Source: the human T2T-CHM13v2.0 reference genome, Homo sapiens. Taken from it: DNA of 64,000 nucleotides. Below are positions 15,060 through 30,157 of this stretch, piece by piece. The translations under genes and the position numbers were made by a program. The stretch lies in NCBI RefSeq assembly GCF_009914755.1, contig NC_060934.1. One strand, given 5' to 3'. The notes beneath the pieces are model-generated. The model was not told the DNA's origin. It saw only the letters and a list, made by a program, of their open reading frames with translations, and did not search any database. Positions within the stretch are counted from its first letter, which is position 1. Each line of letters begins with the position of its first letter.

Positions 15060-15248
15060 AGCTACCATTACCTCCTATATGCCAGGGACTGCATGAAGCA
15101 CTTTACATACATAATCCTCACCACAACCCAGTAAGGCAGGTAAAATCGTCATTTTTACACACAAAGAAACAGGCTCAGAGAGAGTAGTAATGGTAGGTGG
15201 CCTAAGGGCATACACTCAGTATGGGCTGAGCTGGAATCTAGGCTCAGG
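15060..15248 (-). mobile_element. MIR
   Basis: aagcactttacata..cacaaccc..gaaacaggctcagaga. Confidence 0.65.
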
Positions 15249-15563
<315 letters not shown>

Positions 15564-16642
15564 GGCTTGCTATTTTTCATTATTGTGTTTTGCTTTCAAA
15601 AACGATCTCAAAAGAGAAGGATTTTTCTATAATGTGAGACAAAGGTGTAAGTGGAAATCACCGGAAATAACTTTTACACAAAGTGAGCCCCATGCACATG
15701 TTAATTACTTGGCAGATAACCTTAATAAAACCAAATGTTTTAGAGCAGAGGCTGCTTTTTTTTTAACATAGCAAATTTCTTCAAGGATTGCTTCAAAAAT
15801 ATTAACTTCTGCTAAAAAGTATGCTATTGAGGACTGGACTTGAAATATTTATGAGTTATTTTAATTGCCATTGTTATTTTGATCTGTTTAAAAGGACCTC
15901 AGTATACCAATTATTTTCCATTAAAGGCCTTTGGTCCAAGCCAAAGCTTTAATGACTGCCTACAGATAAATTAGAGAATGCTTATGAGACCGATATATTT
16001 ATGCACTCAAGCAATCCATTTTACATTTTCCTCTAGTGAAATACAATATCGCACAAACTGTGTTGTCATAATTTTACATATTTCTTTGAGCACAATGACA
16101 AAAACACAGCGATAAAAAATTTAAGCTGCATTAAAATACAATCTATAGGACTTTTTATTCAGCTACTTACATACTTACCTACCTACCAAACTGAGCTGAT
16201 GTAAACCTCCAATCTGGTCTACATTTAAACATTTAAAGAAAACCTAGTGAATTTTAGAGTCTCAACAATGAATTACAGCTAAATCCTTCATACAGCAATT
16301 TCTACACAGCTAATGCCACCCTACCTTTTATCATTCATACCCGTCTGTTTTTTAATGAAGGCAAAGGTGTGGGAATGGAGATTTCGTGGAAAGATCGAAG
16401 TTGGAATCACAGATCCAAGTTTTGAAATCTCTTAGTCTGGTTATGTCATTTTATGGTAAAAAAACAACCAACCAACAAAACTCAGAATTTACCATGTTTC
16501 TGGTCCAAAGATTTTGTGTCTTGAAACACAAATGTGCCAGCAGCTCAAAGTTGATAGAGAAGCAAAGCCAGGTCTACAATCTACTGCTCTAGATTCTGTT
16601 AGGCCCTCTCAGGAAGATGGAACTTACAACTACAGAAAAGCT

Positions 16643-17044
<402 letters not shown>

Positions 17045-17565
17045 TCAAGATGTCCAAGTACGTAGGTAGCAGGTACTTGGTAGATAGAGGAGAAAAGCCC
17101 TAGAAATGGTGTCTCCCTTCTCCTCCCTTGTCACCTTTCAACTCTCCCTTCCTGCACATTCCCAGCCCAGGAAGATGGAGTCCCAGTACCAGATCTGCCA
17201 CTCACTGCCTATGTCACCTCTGAAAGTGACTTCATTCCTCTGGGGTCTGTTTTTCTTACCTTCAAAACTAAGGAGGGTAGACTAGATGCCTTCCTGCATC
17301 TATGGAAATAAGTACACTCAGCTTGAAACATTCAGAAGTAAGTAGAGCATTGCAGAAACGAGCATATTAATGGACAGCAATGTGCATTAGGTTCATGGGA
17401 TTTCATGTCCCTTTAGTGTCCTCTAGCTGTCTTAAGACATTGTGGGGAATTATATCTGCCTTCTTGAGGCCTCTTTCCTCCCTCAGGGCTTCATTAAATG
17501 CCTGCTTCTCTATGCCTTCCCAATGACTCTCCCTCTATGTCCCCATGTTGTTTATTCTGCAACGA

Positions 17566-17874
<309 letters not shown>

Positions 17875-18139
17875 TATTCTGCAACAATTCACATTTTGAA
17901 GGGCTAAACTATTTTCCTTCTCTTTGTTATGAAACTCTAATTTTACACAAAATACTGAGTTTTATATAGAAAGTGGTCATCCTTCCCGTTCCATCTGGAT
18001 GTTGCCTGGCTCCCTTTAAGTCTGCACAAAGACAAGCAGGTGTCAGGCAAATGCAGCAGGATCGTGTTGCGGGGCAGAACACCACTGGCCCAAGCGAGGA
18101 GAGGAGCTGTATCACCTTGGGCCATCTACCTGGTCACTC

Positions 18140-18149
18140 GTCACGTGAC
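18140..18149. promoter_or_regulatory. Perfect GTCACGTGAC E-box (CLEAR/USF/MiT-TFE type)
   Basis: Exact 10-bp palindrome in apparently non-repetitive intron 4 sequence; motif only, function not shown. Confidence 0.35.
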
Positions 18150-19152
18150 AGGTTCTGCTCAGCTGACATCTAAGGTTCTGTTGGGCTCTGTATTCTACCA
18201 ACTTTTTGGAATTGCAGGAAAAGTCTGCACCTGTCATTTTATTGACTCTTCTCTGTCTTCCTGGAGTTATTAGTGAAAGCAATTTTTGTAAAAACCCCTT
18301 GGGAACACCACGGAACATTCTGTGCTTTCTCAGCAGCTGGGGGAAGAGTGCGATGCTCTCCGGTGAGAGGAGGGGGCCCCCAAGAGCTAGAAAGAGAAGA
18401 TGCTTCTCCACTTACTTACAACTCTGGATCCACCCTCTAAACCAAACAACACAACCTTCATGGTACCCCCAGAAAACAGCCTTTCGGAGCCCTTTCCAGT
18501 CTCTTCCGCAGCCTCTCTGTTTCCATCCACCTTCACTGAACTCTGGTTATGACACTAGTCATTTTCTGCGTCTTCGGGAGATGAACTTGTGTCATCTTCC
18601 AAAGACACGTCTGGTCCAGGCGTGCTCTCTTTAGGCTGTGAGCTCTTAGATGCCTTTAGTAAAACAGGAGATGAGTGACTGTGGGCAAAAGACAAGCTGT
18701 GTGCAAACTGAACCCAGGGGCCGCCATGGAGCTGGTGAGTTACTGAGGTGTCTGTGCTCAAGGGAGCCCAGGTTCCAAGTCCCCGAGGGCGCGTGTGAAT
18801 TCACTATGGGTGGATGCCTTCGCTGCTAGGTCTCCAAGAAAGCCTAGTCATTTCTAGGTCAAGTCATCCATTCTTTCCGTGGAAGAGAAATTTCATGTCA
18901 CATTGCAAAGACCTCTCTTCCCTTTGAAATCACGGAATGATCTTAAAATAGGACAAACTCCTCTAAAATCAATAGTTCTGTGTCTTAGTGTTCGTTTTCC
19001 CCCATTTTCTCAGACTGCATAATTTATTCAAGAGCTACTGGAAGTGGGGCACAGAAAAATTTAATGAGTCCCGAGCACGGAGGCTGTCCCTCCAAGTTAG
19101 GGTTTTGTGGATCGTGCACCATTTTGTCCGGGAGGCTGGATGCTGGCTATGA

Positions 19153-19467
<315 letters not shown>

Positions 19468-20883
19468 TAAACCACTTCTTCATGCTCCCCAAAACAAGAC
19501 TTTTCTCCCAGACCGGCACATTTCAAGTAATAGTCAACATTTTTTTTTCCTAATAATGTTTACTTAAGATGACTGCTATGCCATCTTTCTGATGACCAAG
19601 TACTGACATATTTACTGACAAGTTAATCACATCCTCATCAGCACACAAAAATTAAAGAAGAAACGTTTTGGAAAACAGAGAGAAGAAAAATGAGTAACAA
19701 ATCACCATGTTGCCTTTATGTATAACCAGAAACTTATTAATATGCTACAAAATGGATCAAATGTTTCAGGTTTAAAAGCTTTTTCAGAATAATCAGTTTA
19801 TGTAAAGCACTGGAAAATTAAGTGAAATTCAAGCCAAGTATCCCTGGGAAATGCAGTGAGTTACTCTCCTAGCAGAATGCAACTCAGAACAGCCTTTGAT
19901 TTAAAATTTTAATGCTGTGATTAGTTTAAAGTGTGGGGGAAAGGAAAGTGGGGTAGACAAGAAAATAATTCAGGACTCCAGAATCCTGACACCTCTTCCA
20001 CCAGGAGGAGTGGGGACCATTCCAGTGCAAAGGGGTCCAGAGAATGGTGCAGTTGGACACAAACAGAGGTGGAAGGTACCCGTCTTGGGTCTTTCTCTGA
20101 TAAGGAATTATCACTTATTTTCTGGTGGATGGCTTTTAGTTTCTCTGATCTTTTAGCTGTGGCATGCCAGAATAGTGGTACTGACCCAGCTGACTTAGAG
20201 ACCTGCCAGGAGAGGGCGGATTCTAAAGCAAATTCAAAGCCTGGCCACTCTATGCCCAGTTGAGGACAGAGAGAGCAAGTGCAGAGAAAGAAACGATGTG
20301 GGAAAGAGCTGGGTGGACACAGATGGCAGAGGGCGGAGGCTCCCCATCCTAAGTGGTCCCCATGCCGGTGGGGCATGGAGCCAAGGTATGCCTGTCTCTG
20401 AGTTGGACCAAGCACCACCTCTTCCCCTCCTGGCTGCAGCATAGGTGGGTGGGGTGGTAAGTCTCTACCAGCCCCACCCACCCACAGGCTACCCTCTCAA
20501 ATGGGGGCTCGTGGGACGAGGCAGAGGGCAGCTGGGCCAAAAACCCTAAGTCTAATCTTATACTTAAAAAAATTGCAATTTCAATAAGAATTTCTCTGAA
20601 TTGAATATATTTAGTCCACCAAAGGAGAGCTCAGAGAAGGTGCTTAAGGCAACTGGTAACAGAAGAAAAGCTCAAGGAGACCAATGTGCTAACATGTAAT
20701 TCTGCAGGGCTCGTACCGACGTAACACAGTTTCAATGCACTTGAACTTGTACCAAGAATTCCCCTTCTGCACCTTCAGTGCCTTTCTCCCACATAGTGCT
20801 AAAACTCCCAATCATACCTAAAATCCACATGTAAAGACTAAAACACAGTAACTCCCACTGAAAAGAGAAAAGACTCCAATTAC

Positions 20884-21042
20884 CTGTTCCATTTCCGTCT
20901 AATCCTCGCAAATAAGGAAAACTGTCCACCTCCGAAGGGGAGCTGGCGGCCGTGAGAAACGCGGTCAGGTCACTGTAGCTGGTGTTCTCAGGCAACCTCA
21001 GAGCCCTTCTCTGGAAATGAACGCGAGGCTGTGGCCGGGCAC
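20884..21042 (-). CDS. FAM171A1: FAM171A1 coding exon 4 (159 nt, phase 1-1)
   Basis: Minus strand ctctgcag|GT GCC CGG...GGA ACA G|gtaatt; translates [53 protein letters not shown]. Confidence 0.96.
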
Positions 21043-21795
21043 CTGCAGAGATTAACCTCCGAGTTATCTCCCCCAGGAGCAGTTTCTGTTTTTAGAAAAT
21101 GCAAAACCAGGAAGTGCCTCTCTAAGGTTTCAGCACGCCTCCCCCACCCTGCTCCCTCTCACAAGGCCTCCCTTCCCCCATTCATGCAGGACACAGAGAT
21201 GTGACAACATGCTATTATGGGGAGAGAAATAATAGCCCATTGTCACATTTGTTTTGACACAGGATGTTATTTAGGTTTTTAACAAAAAGCTTTTTCCAAG
21301 TTCCATGTGCAAGCAGTCTTGTCACTGCCCAGCATTTGCCTGTGGATCTGGGTAGCATTTTGGGAAACTCCATGTAAATGAAACAAGTAGATGACTATTA
21401 ATCTCTTTACTCAAACAATGTAAGAGATACTCTTTGATACCGCTGCAAACCCGTCTTTAATCTCCCTGGAAAAATCTGGTTTAATGCCATGAACCAAATT
21501 GAAGGAGGGCAAGGGAATTAACAGTGCAACCTTGAAAAGAATTGCAAACAATACCCCAGCGGCAATGAATCTTCTCTTTCTGTGGGAGCTGCCATTTGTC
21601 ATCATCCAGTCTATTCTGGAGGCGTGCTTCCTACTTGTGATGGATTATGTCACAGAATTTAGGATGAGACTTTTGAAATGATGCAAAATGATGCTTCTTC
21701 ACCAAACTCAACTCCTTTGTGTAGGAGGACAGGTTGGGCTGACAGGCCCTAGACAGTTGGTTGTGCCGTCCTCTGCAGCTTAACTTTGCTCCAAA

Positions 21796-22110
21796 TTTTC
21801 TTTTTCTTTTCTTCTTCTTTTTTTTTTTTTGAGATGGAGTTTTGCTCTTGTCGCCCAGGCTGGAGTGCAGCGGTGTGATCTCAACTCCCTGCAACCTCTG
21901 CCTCCCGTTCAAGCGATTCCCCTGCCTCAGTCTCCCAAGTAGCTGGGATTACAGGTGCCCGCCACCACACCCAGCTAATTTTTGTATTTTTAGTAGAGGC
22001 AGGGTTTCACCATGTTGGCCAGGCTGGTCTTGAACTCCTGACCTCAGGTGATCCACCCGCCTCAGCCTCCCAAAGTGTTGGGATTACAGGTGTGAGCCAC
22101 CGCGCCTGGC
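21796..22110 (-). mobile_element. AluS (Sq/Sp-like)
   Basis: GGAGTTTTGCTCTTGTCGCCC; reverse Alu. Confidence 0.92.
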
Positions 22111-24129
22111 CCAGATGTTGTTTTGATCATAAAACCTGAACTGGTTTTTACCTAATGCTGCGGTGATATTCACCAGACGTAAAGGTGCTAGGTAATTTTG
22201 TGCAAACCTGGCAAAAGCATTGTTAAGAGAAAAACTGTAGATCCAACCCCAGGCTTGAGGCAGACCACATTCCACCTGTGCTTTGCTGAGGGTTCCTTCT
22301 CCCGGCCCCCTGCTGTCCTGCTTCAACAGCTCTGCACGGAGCTGGTGGGCTTTATCTCCACTCCAGGGTTCCTTTTAACTCTGGATCAAAGAACTTGTAA
22401 GGAGTGAAGAAGCCTGTCTAGACGTGTTCTAGAAAAAGGGAGTTTTAGAGCTCCAAGAATCCACTAGCCCAAGTCTCTCTTCTTAAAGGTGAAGTCACTG
22501 AGGTCCAAAGGACTTATGTCGGGGGCAGCCTGTCTTGGCTACACACTGCCTAACTGGCAGGGAGTCACAATGCTCCCTCTTCCTTTTAAAAACTAGCAGG
22601 TAGACTTCTCCAGGGGCTGGTTCTCCACTCTGTGAAATCCAGGCCCAGGTTTAGAGCCCAGCGAGCAGGTGCCCAAAATCATGAGAGTCCTATCTAACTC
22701 CGGTCATCTCTGCTGAAACTAAACAGACACAGACATTAGTCTAGCTCCAGACCATCGATTCCCCTTCTTCATCCCTAAAACAAACCCACAGCGACACACC
22801 AGCCTCTGGGGATCTGGGTATTTTAACATTATTGTATTCTTCTTAGTCTGGTCTTATTTTCCCTCGATGTTACAGAATACCGATGTCTTACTCCTGCCAC
22901 CTCCTTGGTCTGTGGAGAGTTCAAATTCCTCGGGGGTCCCACAAACGCTCTGTGTCCTGCCAGGGGCAGTCTGTTTCTCATCCCTTCTCCCCCTTGCCCA
23001 CACACATGGCGCACAGCTTGCTTTTCTTCTCCCTTTCCACGCTGCCCTCCAGGATGGAAGGTCAAAGCCAGCATTCTTTCTCATCTCCTCACTCCGGATG
23101 ATATAACAACATTCATTGCTTCTGGTATTTTTTTCAATGATCAGGAAATATATGTTATCTACTGGTTTTCCGGCTAAATAATGCTGCTGATAGTATTCAA
23201 TGAACAAGCCCCTGTGTAGAAGCCTGGGTCTCACATGGTGGAAAAGTAAAGCACTCTGCTAATAGGAAGAGAACAAGAATGGTGAGTCTACATGTGATGG
23301 AGCAAAGAGGGAGCCTGTCCTCATGAGGGTCCGGGCAGAGGCAGAAGCTGGGTTGGTGATCCCAGAGCAGGGAAGGAAAAGTGCACCCCTCCAGGCCTTA
23401 GGAGGAGCCCCTGTGAGATGGGCTGGTAGAGACCTGTGTGAGGGCAGTGGGGCACAGAAACCTTCTCCGACTGGACTGAGGGTTGCTGAAAGACAAGGGG
23501 GAGCCGGGGAATGGGCCCAGGATACGCAGCCTAGCCAGGACTTACGGGGACTGGCCTGGGACCCAGAGAACCAGAAACCCAGGCTGCTCTCCCCAGCTCT
23601 CAGGGCCCTGGTGTCTCCCCCTGATCCTCTGCTTCTCGTGCCTTCTCGAGCAGATCAAGTGTTACATGCATTTGGGTGGGCAACACATCTCTCTCCCCAC
23701 TTGTGCAGGAGAATTTGGTCCCTGGCCAGACATCCAGGGTCTATCTGCTGGGGCTGGGGGCTGGGGGTATGTAGCAGGCTATGTGGGGGCAGATCCTCAT
23801 GGAAAGGATATGGCCGGTGCAGCCTATCTGACACACCCTGGGACTGGCACGACACGGGTACCATCCATGAGGGACTAAACACCCCACCACAAAGCACAGG
23901 CAACACCTATGGTGATGAAAATGACTGAAGCAGCACGTGAGGAATTTAAGGGTGCAAGCTATTCTGAGCCACAGCACAAATAAAATCGAAAGATGGTATG
24001 CATGGGGTTGGGGGAGCGGTTATATTCTTAAGCCTGCCTCCGTGTACTAAAGCCGCTAAATAGTTCCACACTACAGAAAGGAATATGATTGGGAGGGGGT
24101 GGCAGGGTAGGCAGTGGATAAGCCTGTAG

Positions 24130-24564
<435 letters not shown>

Positions 24565-24719
24565 TAACTTTTGCTTATTCATTGTAAGACTTGGCTCAAC
24601 CACCTGTTTTTGCCTTCGTCAGCAATCTCTTTCTCTATAGGCTTTTCCTCCCCAACCAACAAAAATACTCATTTTTTCCCCAGTCTAGAACAATAACAAG
24701 CAAACATTACTCTAACTCT

Positions 24720-25590
24720 GTTATCCCCATAAGCGAATGCCTTCTGTCCTTCCACCAAGCTCCAGTGATGTGGCTTCTACCCACAATGCATGCTGCCCTT
24801 GGAGACGTCGACTGTGTGATCCGCAAACCCCATGACCACAGCTCAGCCTCCATCCTCGTCGACCTCTTCACAATGGTTGACACTGTTTGCCCCTCCTGCC
24901 CACAATCCCCTTCCTCCTTGGGATTCATGGTCCTGCACTCTGGTTCTCTCCAGTGTCTGCCTGCTGTTTCCTTTGCAAGTCCTTCCTTTCTTGTCCTACC
25001 TCTGGATGAAACAGCTCCCAGAGGGCTACCACCCATCGCCTGTGCCATTTCTGTGCTCTGCTCGCTCCCTGTGGGTTCCCTTTCACTGCCACTGCCTTGG
25101 CTGGTACCATCCACTCCAGCATTGGATTCTTTTCTAAGCTCCATGCCTGGATTTTCCCTTGCCTTCTAGACACTTCTACCCAGATGCCCATCTGTCACTC
25201 TAAAATCATCATCTACCTTCTCTTTCACCTAACAATATTCCAGTCTCCCCAACACCCAGTTTTGATTCTAGGTCACCATCATCATTCTCCCTATCTATCA
25301 TCCTCAAGTGCCATCATTCTCCCTATCTATCATCCTTGGCATTCACTCAAGTGCCAAGACTGGCCAATCTTCCCTTAACAAATTTCTTGCACCATATTTC
25401 TCTCCCTTTTTGCATCCAACAGCGTATGTTACCTTATACTGCCTCTCACCTCAACTATTGTGAAAGTCTCCTATCTGGGCCATCTGCTTCAGCCTCACTC
25501 CCTTTTCATCTACTGACACTGTGACTGTTCAAAGATACTACTCTAATCATGTCCTTTCCCTGCCCAGAAACCATCAACGGATCTCTCCCA
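24720..25590 (+). mobile_element. L2 fragment (RT-derived region)
   Basis: SILVDLFTMVDTV resembles L2 RT 'LILLDLSAAFDTV'; pyrimidine-rich L2 body. Confidence 0.7.
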
Positions 25591-25689
25591 CTTACCAAAT
25601 TAACAATGATGACAAAAAAAACAACAAAAATGAATAGACCAATATAGACCTAGACTACAACTGCACCTCTTCTCTAAATGAGAGGCATA

Positions 25690-25900
25690 GATCAGTGCTT
25701 TAGAATTTACAAAGTGCATAAATAAAAATATGTTATTTAATATTTACAACAACCCTGTGAAGAAGGAACCCTTTCCTCTTTATGGATGATGAACTACAGC
25801 TCAAAGAGGTAAGTGACTTGCCCAAAGTCATTCTGCTTGTAAGAGGTAGAAAGGAATTATTTTAATTCTAACTCTGTATCCTTTCCTATCACACCATGCC
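25690..25900 (-). mobile_element. MIR
   Basis: acaacaaccctgtga..gaggtaagtgacttgcccaaagtca. Confidence 0.7.
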
Positions 25901-25980
25901 TACCTCAAAATAGATGCCCTGCTGACTGCCAACCAGTTCTCATCCTCTGGCCAAATAGGACTGCATGACTAAGTCTGATT

Positions 25981-26323
<343 letters not shown>

Positions 26324-26876
26324 TGAAACTTCTTCCCCTCATCCTACAGCTCACCCAAAATGCATGTCAAAAGCCACCTCTTCTATGTAGTCTGTTAATC
26401 CCACCCTAAGCTCTAAGCTCTATTTGCATCTCTCTTGTAGCACTGCTCTTACTATGTCCTGTATCATAATTATTTGTATATTTGTTCATCTGCCTAATCA
26501 AGAGCATCATGAGAACATGGGTGGTGGAATCACTTAGCTCCAGGTTTAAATCTTTCCTCTACCACCTTATAGTTGAGTGATTTGGGCTTCAGGTTATCTT
26601 TAAAATGGGTATGAATCATGCCTGTCTCATAATATGGCTGTTGTGATGTTGGTTCAGAACACATATGGATGGTGTCCAACAGTGTCTCCTGGATAAGCAC
26701 TGCTTTCCCATTTCCTCTTCCCATTATAGACTGAAGCTCCTTAAACCAGGCGTTCTGTGAAATGCATGGCACTATGTTCTGTATACAGTTGGTGCTCAAT
26801 GGTACTTATGTGAAGATGAGTTAAACCTGGCAACTCACTATGTTCCAGTAATGCTCTGTCTCCATTCCAACTAGAT

Positions 26877-27077
26877 CAGGGGTCCTCCATTTCAGCACCA
26901 TTTACATTTTGGGCCAGGTAGTTCTTTGTTTGGGGGGGTCCCATGCATTGCAGCATGTTTAATAGCACCCCTGACCTCTACCCACTAGATGTCTGTAGCA
27001 GCCCCCAAAATTTCTCCAGACCTCACTAAATGTCTCTGGGGAGGGGGGGCAAAATCACCCCCAATTCTGAACCACTG
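26877..27077. mobile_element. MER20 hAT DNA transposon
   Basis: acattttgggccagg..ctctacccactagatg..ggggcaaaatcacccc..aaccactg. Confidence 0.85.
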
Positions 27078-27997
27078 CACTATATACCCTGAGCACCTTC
27101 ACAAAATCCAGACAACTGGCACTGAGAATCTCCCTGCAACGGGTCTACGACTGCAAAGAGGAGTAGGGAAAGTGTTTGTATTCACGGAACTCAAGAGAGG
27201 AGAAGGCATTTCTCTCTTTGTCTCTTTCTGTGTCTTCCGCTGTCTCTCTATCTGAATCTCTGTTCCTCTCCCGAACTATCATATGAACAAAGAAGCTTAA
27301 AAAGAATGCCAATAGTAACCTTTTGGAGGGTGGGATGAAGATTTCCGAGTCAATTTCAGAAGATGAAGTTTAAACAAAACCAAGGGTTGCCACCTGAAGG
27401 AAAACTAAAGCCGGAGGGTTGCAGAGGTTTTCTGTTTTCTGCCCTGGGGCTCTTTTCTGAGATGCCATTTAGCCTCCTTAAATGGATCAGTGAAGAATTG
27501 AGCCAGTAATCTTGGGGATAATGGTACTTTCTCTTCTGCCCTGAATCAGAGTCAAGGAAATCTCTTCTTAGAGCTTTCATCACCTCTTGATGAGTTTATC
27601 ACATCATCCTTCTTTTCTTACATGTTTAACTCCCTAAAACATCAATAACATTCATTACTCTAATACAGAAAAGGGTCGAGAAGGCAGTCATGGAAACGGC
27701 TTGATTATCATAGTGTTTTAAGTGCTAGAATAAGAGGGTAATGATGAAAGTACAAGATAAACTTCAAGAGAGAGAGTGGCCAGCTGTCCAGGAGAAAAGC
27801 AGTTCCCGGGCTGGTATTTGTGAACTGTGTCTTGAAGGTTGAGAGGCAGAGGAGAAGTAACAGCATCTATGAAGGGGCACAGATAAAGAAAATCTACCAT
27901 GTGTGGGGAAGTGAAGGAACTCTCTGTGAGCTACGTGGGGTCCAGGGGCAGAGGGAGAGACTTAGGAAGGACTTGGTAAGTCCCAATCAAGAGTTTG

Positions 27998-28293
27998 GGG
28001 CCGGGTGTGGTGGCTCATCCTTGTCATCCCAGTGCTTTAGGAGGCTGAGGCAGGAGGAACGCTTGAGGCCAGGAGTCTGAGAATAGCCTGGGCAACATAG
28101 ACCCCATCTCTACAAAAAATCTGAAAAATTAGATGGGTGTGGTGGCGCATGCCTGAAGTCTGAGCTACTCCAGAGACACAGGCAAGAGAATCATTTGAGC
28201 CTGGGAGTCTGAGGCTACGGTGAGTTATGATTGCACTACTGCACTCCAGTCCATGCAACAGAGTAAGACCCTGCCAATGAATCAATCAATCAA
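27998..28293 (+). mobile_element. AluJ with (AATC)n tail
   Basis: Diverged two-arm Alu. Confidence 0.85.
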
Positions 28294-29837
28294 TGAGTTT
28301 GGATTTGTGTGGGCCTGCAGGGGAGAGCGTGTGGGAGTTACCGGTAGGGAAGTGAAAGATTCCGATTTGTTTTTGCCCAATTCTGACAGCAGGTGGAGTA
28401 TGGCCATGGGTGCAGAGTCTGATGTCAGAGCGATCAGGCAGGAGGCTGCTATGAAATTATTCAAGTGAGAAATGATAAAGTTCCAAATAAAGACAGCAGC
28501 TCTGGGGGTCCTCACAGAAAAGGCAGCTGGAGTGGAAAGCTATTTTTGAAATAAGAGATAGGCAGAGCAGGAAGAACCCATGAAGGAGATTGAGAAGCAA
28601 TGAACAGAGAGAGGGCCAGAGAAAGGATGAAGACATCCAGGAAGGCAGAACCGGGTAGGGTGGTGAAGCTGCGGGGAAGTTAGGAAGAAGTGGCCACTAG
28701 GTCACGTAACTGTAGCTCTGCTGAGCTCAGCAAGAGGGATTTCTAAGGAATCGTGTGAGGCAGCACAAAAGGGAGTTTAAAGACATGTGCCTGGCAAGGG
28801 GAGGTATCTCCAAGGTTCGGGAGAAGATTGTGACTTGAAGGAGAAATAGGGCTTAAGAAGAGTTTTGCTTTGAATGGCAAAGCCTTCAGTGATTTTGAGA
28901 GCTGAGAAAGAACTAGAAGAGATGAAAGGCTCAGCATAAATCCAGGGAGGTGTGAGAGGAGGTGATAACAAATGGGCTCCAATGAGAATGTGAAGGGGTT
29001 CATGGTGGGGCAGAGAAGCTGCAGGAGGACACTGCCATGTCCTCTTCGGAAAGGCGGCAGGAGGAAGACCACTCGGGAAGGCGTGCTTCCCTGACGGCCT
29101 GCTTTCCCTGTGAAACCAGCCACCAGGGCCCTCCTGGGAGGACGGCATGCAGGTGGGGCGAGGGGCATATGGAGTGTGCTGGGAAAAGCTTCCCACAGCA
29201 GCTGCCCGGGGAACAGGAAAAGGACCATCTGGGAAACATGAGGAGCCCAGCAGAGGATGGAGACCACTGACCTGGGTGGTGCCAGTCGGCCCGATGACAG
29301 TGCCCATGGGCAGCTGGGGGCATCTTGTCTGTATCTTCTTATTTACTCTCATCACACTCTGAGTCGTTGTTTCTGAGACAGTGTGAGGGCCTCCTAGAGG
29401 CTCCGGGAGCCAGAGCTGCAGGCTGGCTCCCCCAGTCTCATCTCCGGCATTCATACAATGCCAGCCTCCCCATTCATCCCTTACCAGAAATAATCTGGGA
29501 TTTAATTTATGGATTTACTACCAAACCCCTCCCCACAAGATTTTGATGGAAATGTGATCTTCAGCAAAGGACAAAACACTCTCCAAGAAAATGATTCGTA
29601 TAATTTACGAGTGTTCTCTCTTTCCATACTCTTATCATCTCACAGACAAGTTTGGAAACAATTTGCCAGCGTTTTGTGACACTGAGCGCATTTTCAGATA
29701 TAGTCTACGTGGGGGAATATCCCTCTTGTTGACCAATTACTGAGGCATCACCTAACACTGCAGAGAATACGTGTGAGTCTTCTGACCCTTCCCCTCACCA
29801 TCCTGTTATCCTAAGACAGTCCTGGCTGGCTGCTTGC

Positions 29838-29904
29838 CTATCTATCTATGCATCTATCAATCATCTATCCATCTATCCTATCAATCTATCTATCTATCTG
29901 TCTG

Positions 29905-29962
<58 letters not shown>

Positions 29963-30023
29963 ATCTATCCATCTAATCTATTAATCATCTATCTAATCTA
30001 TCATCTATCTATACATTTATCTC

Positions 30024-30078
<55 letters not shown>

Positions 30079-30145
30079 CGTCCATCCTTCCGTCCGTCCG
30101 TCCGTCCATCCATCCATCCAACCATCCATCTACCTACCTACCTAC
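29838..30145. repeat. Compound tetranucleotide STR (TCTA)n/(TCCG)n/(TCCA)n/(CCTA)n
   Basis: Two long pure TCTA runs plus variant blocks. Confidence 0.97.
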
Positions 30146-30157
30146 CAACAAAACTAC

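Noticed and set aside
14733-15068. ORF-track extensions around exons 2, 4 and 5
   Set aside because: Residues beyond the AG/GT boundaries are intronic read-through; only the exon cores match FAM171A1
23323-23928. 201-aa plus-strand ORF
   Set aside because: No recognisable homology or domain; GC-rich DNA with overlapping open frames on both strands
24591-25169. 192-aa ORF
   Set aside because: Decayed L2 reverse-transcriptase sequence
28743-29454. 174- and 225-aa minus-strand ORFs
   Set aside because: No recognisable homology, partly over L2-like relic, and no place in the FAM171A1 reading frame, which is continuous from exon 3 to exon 4
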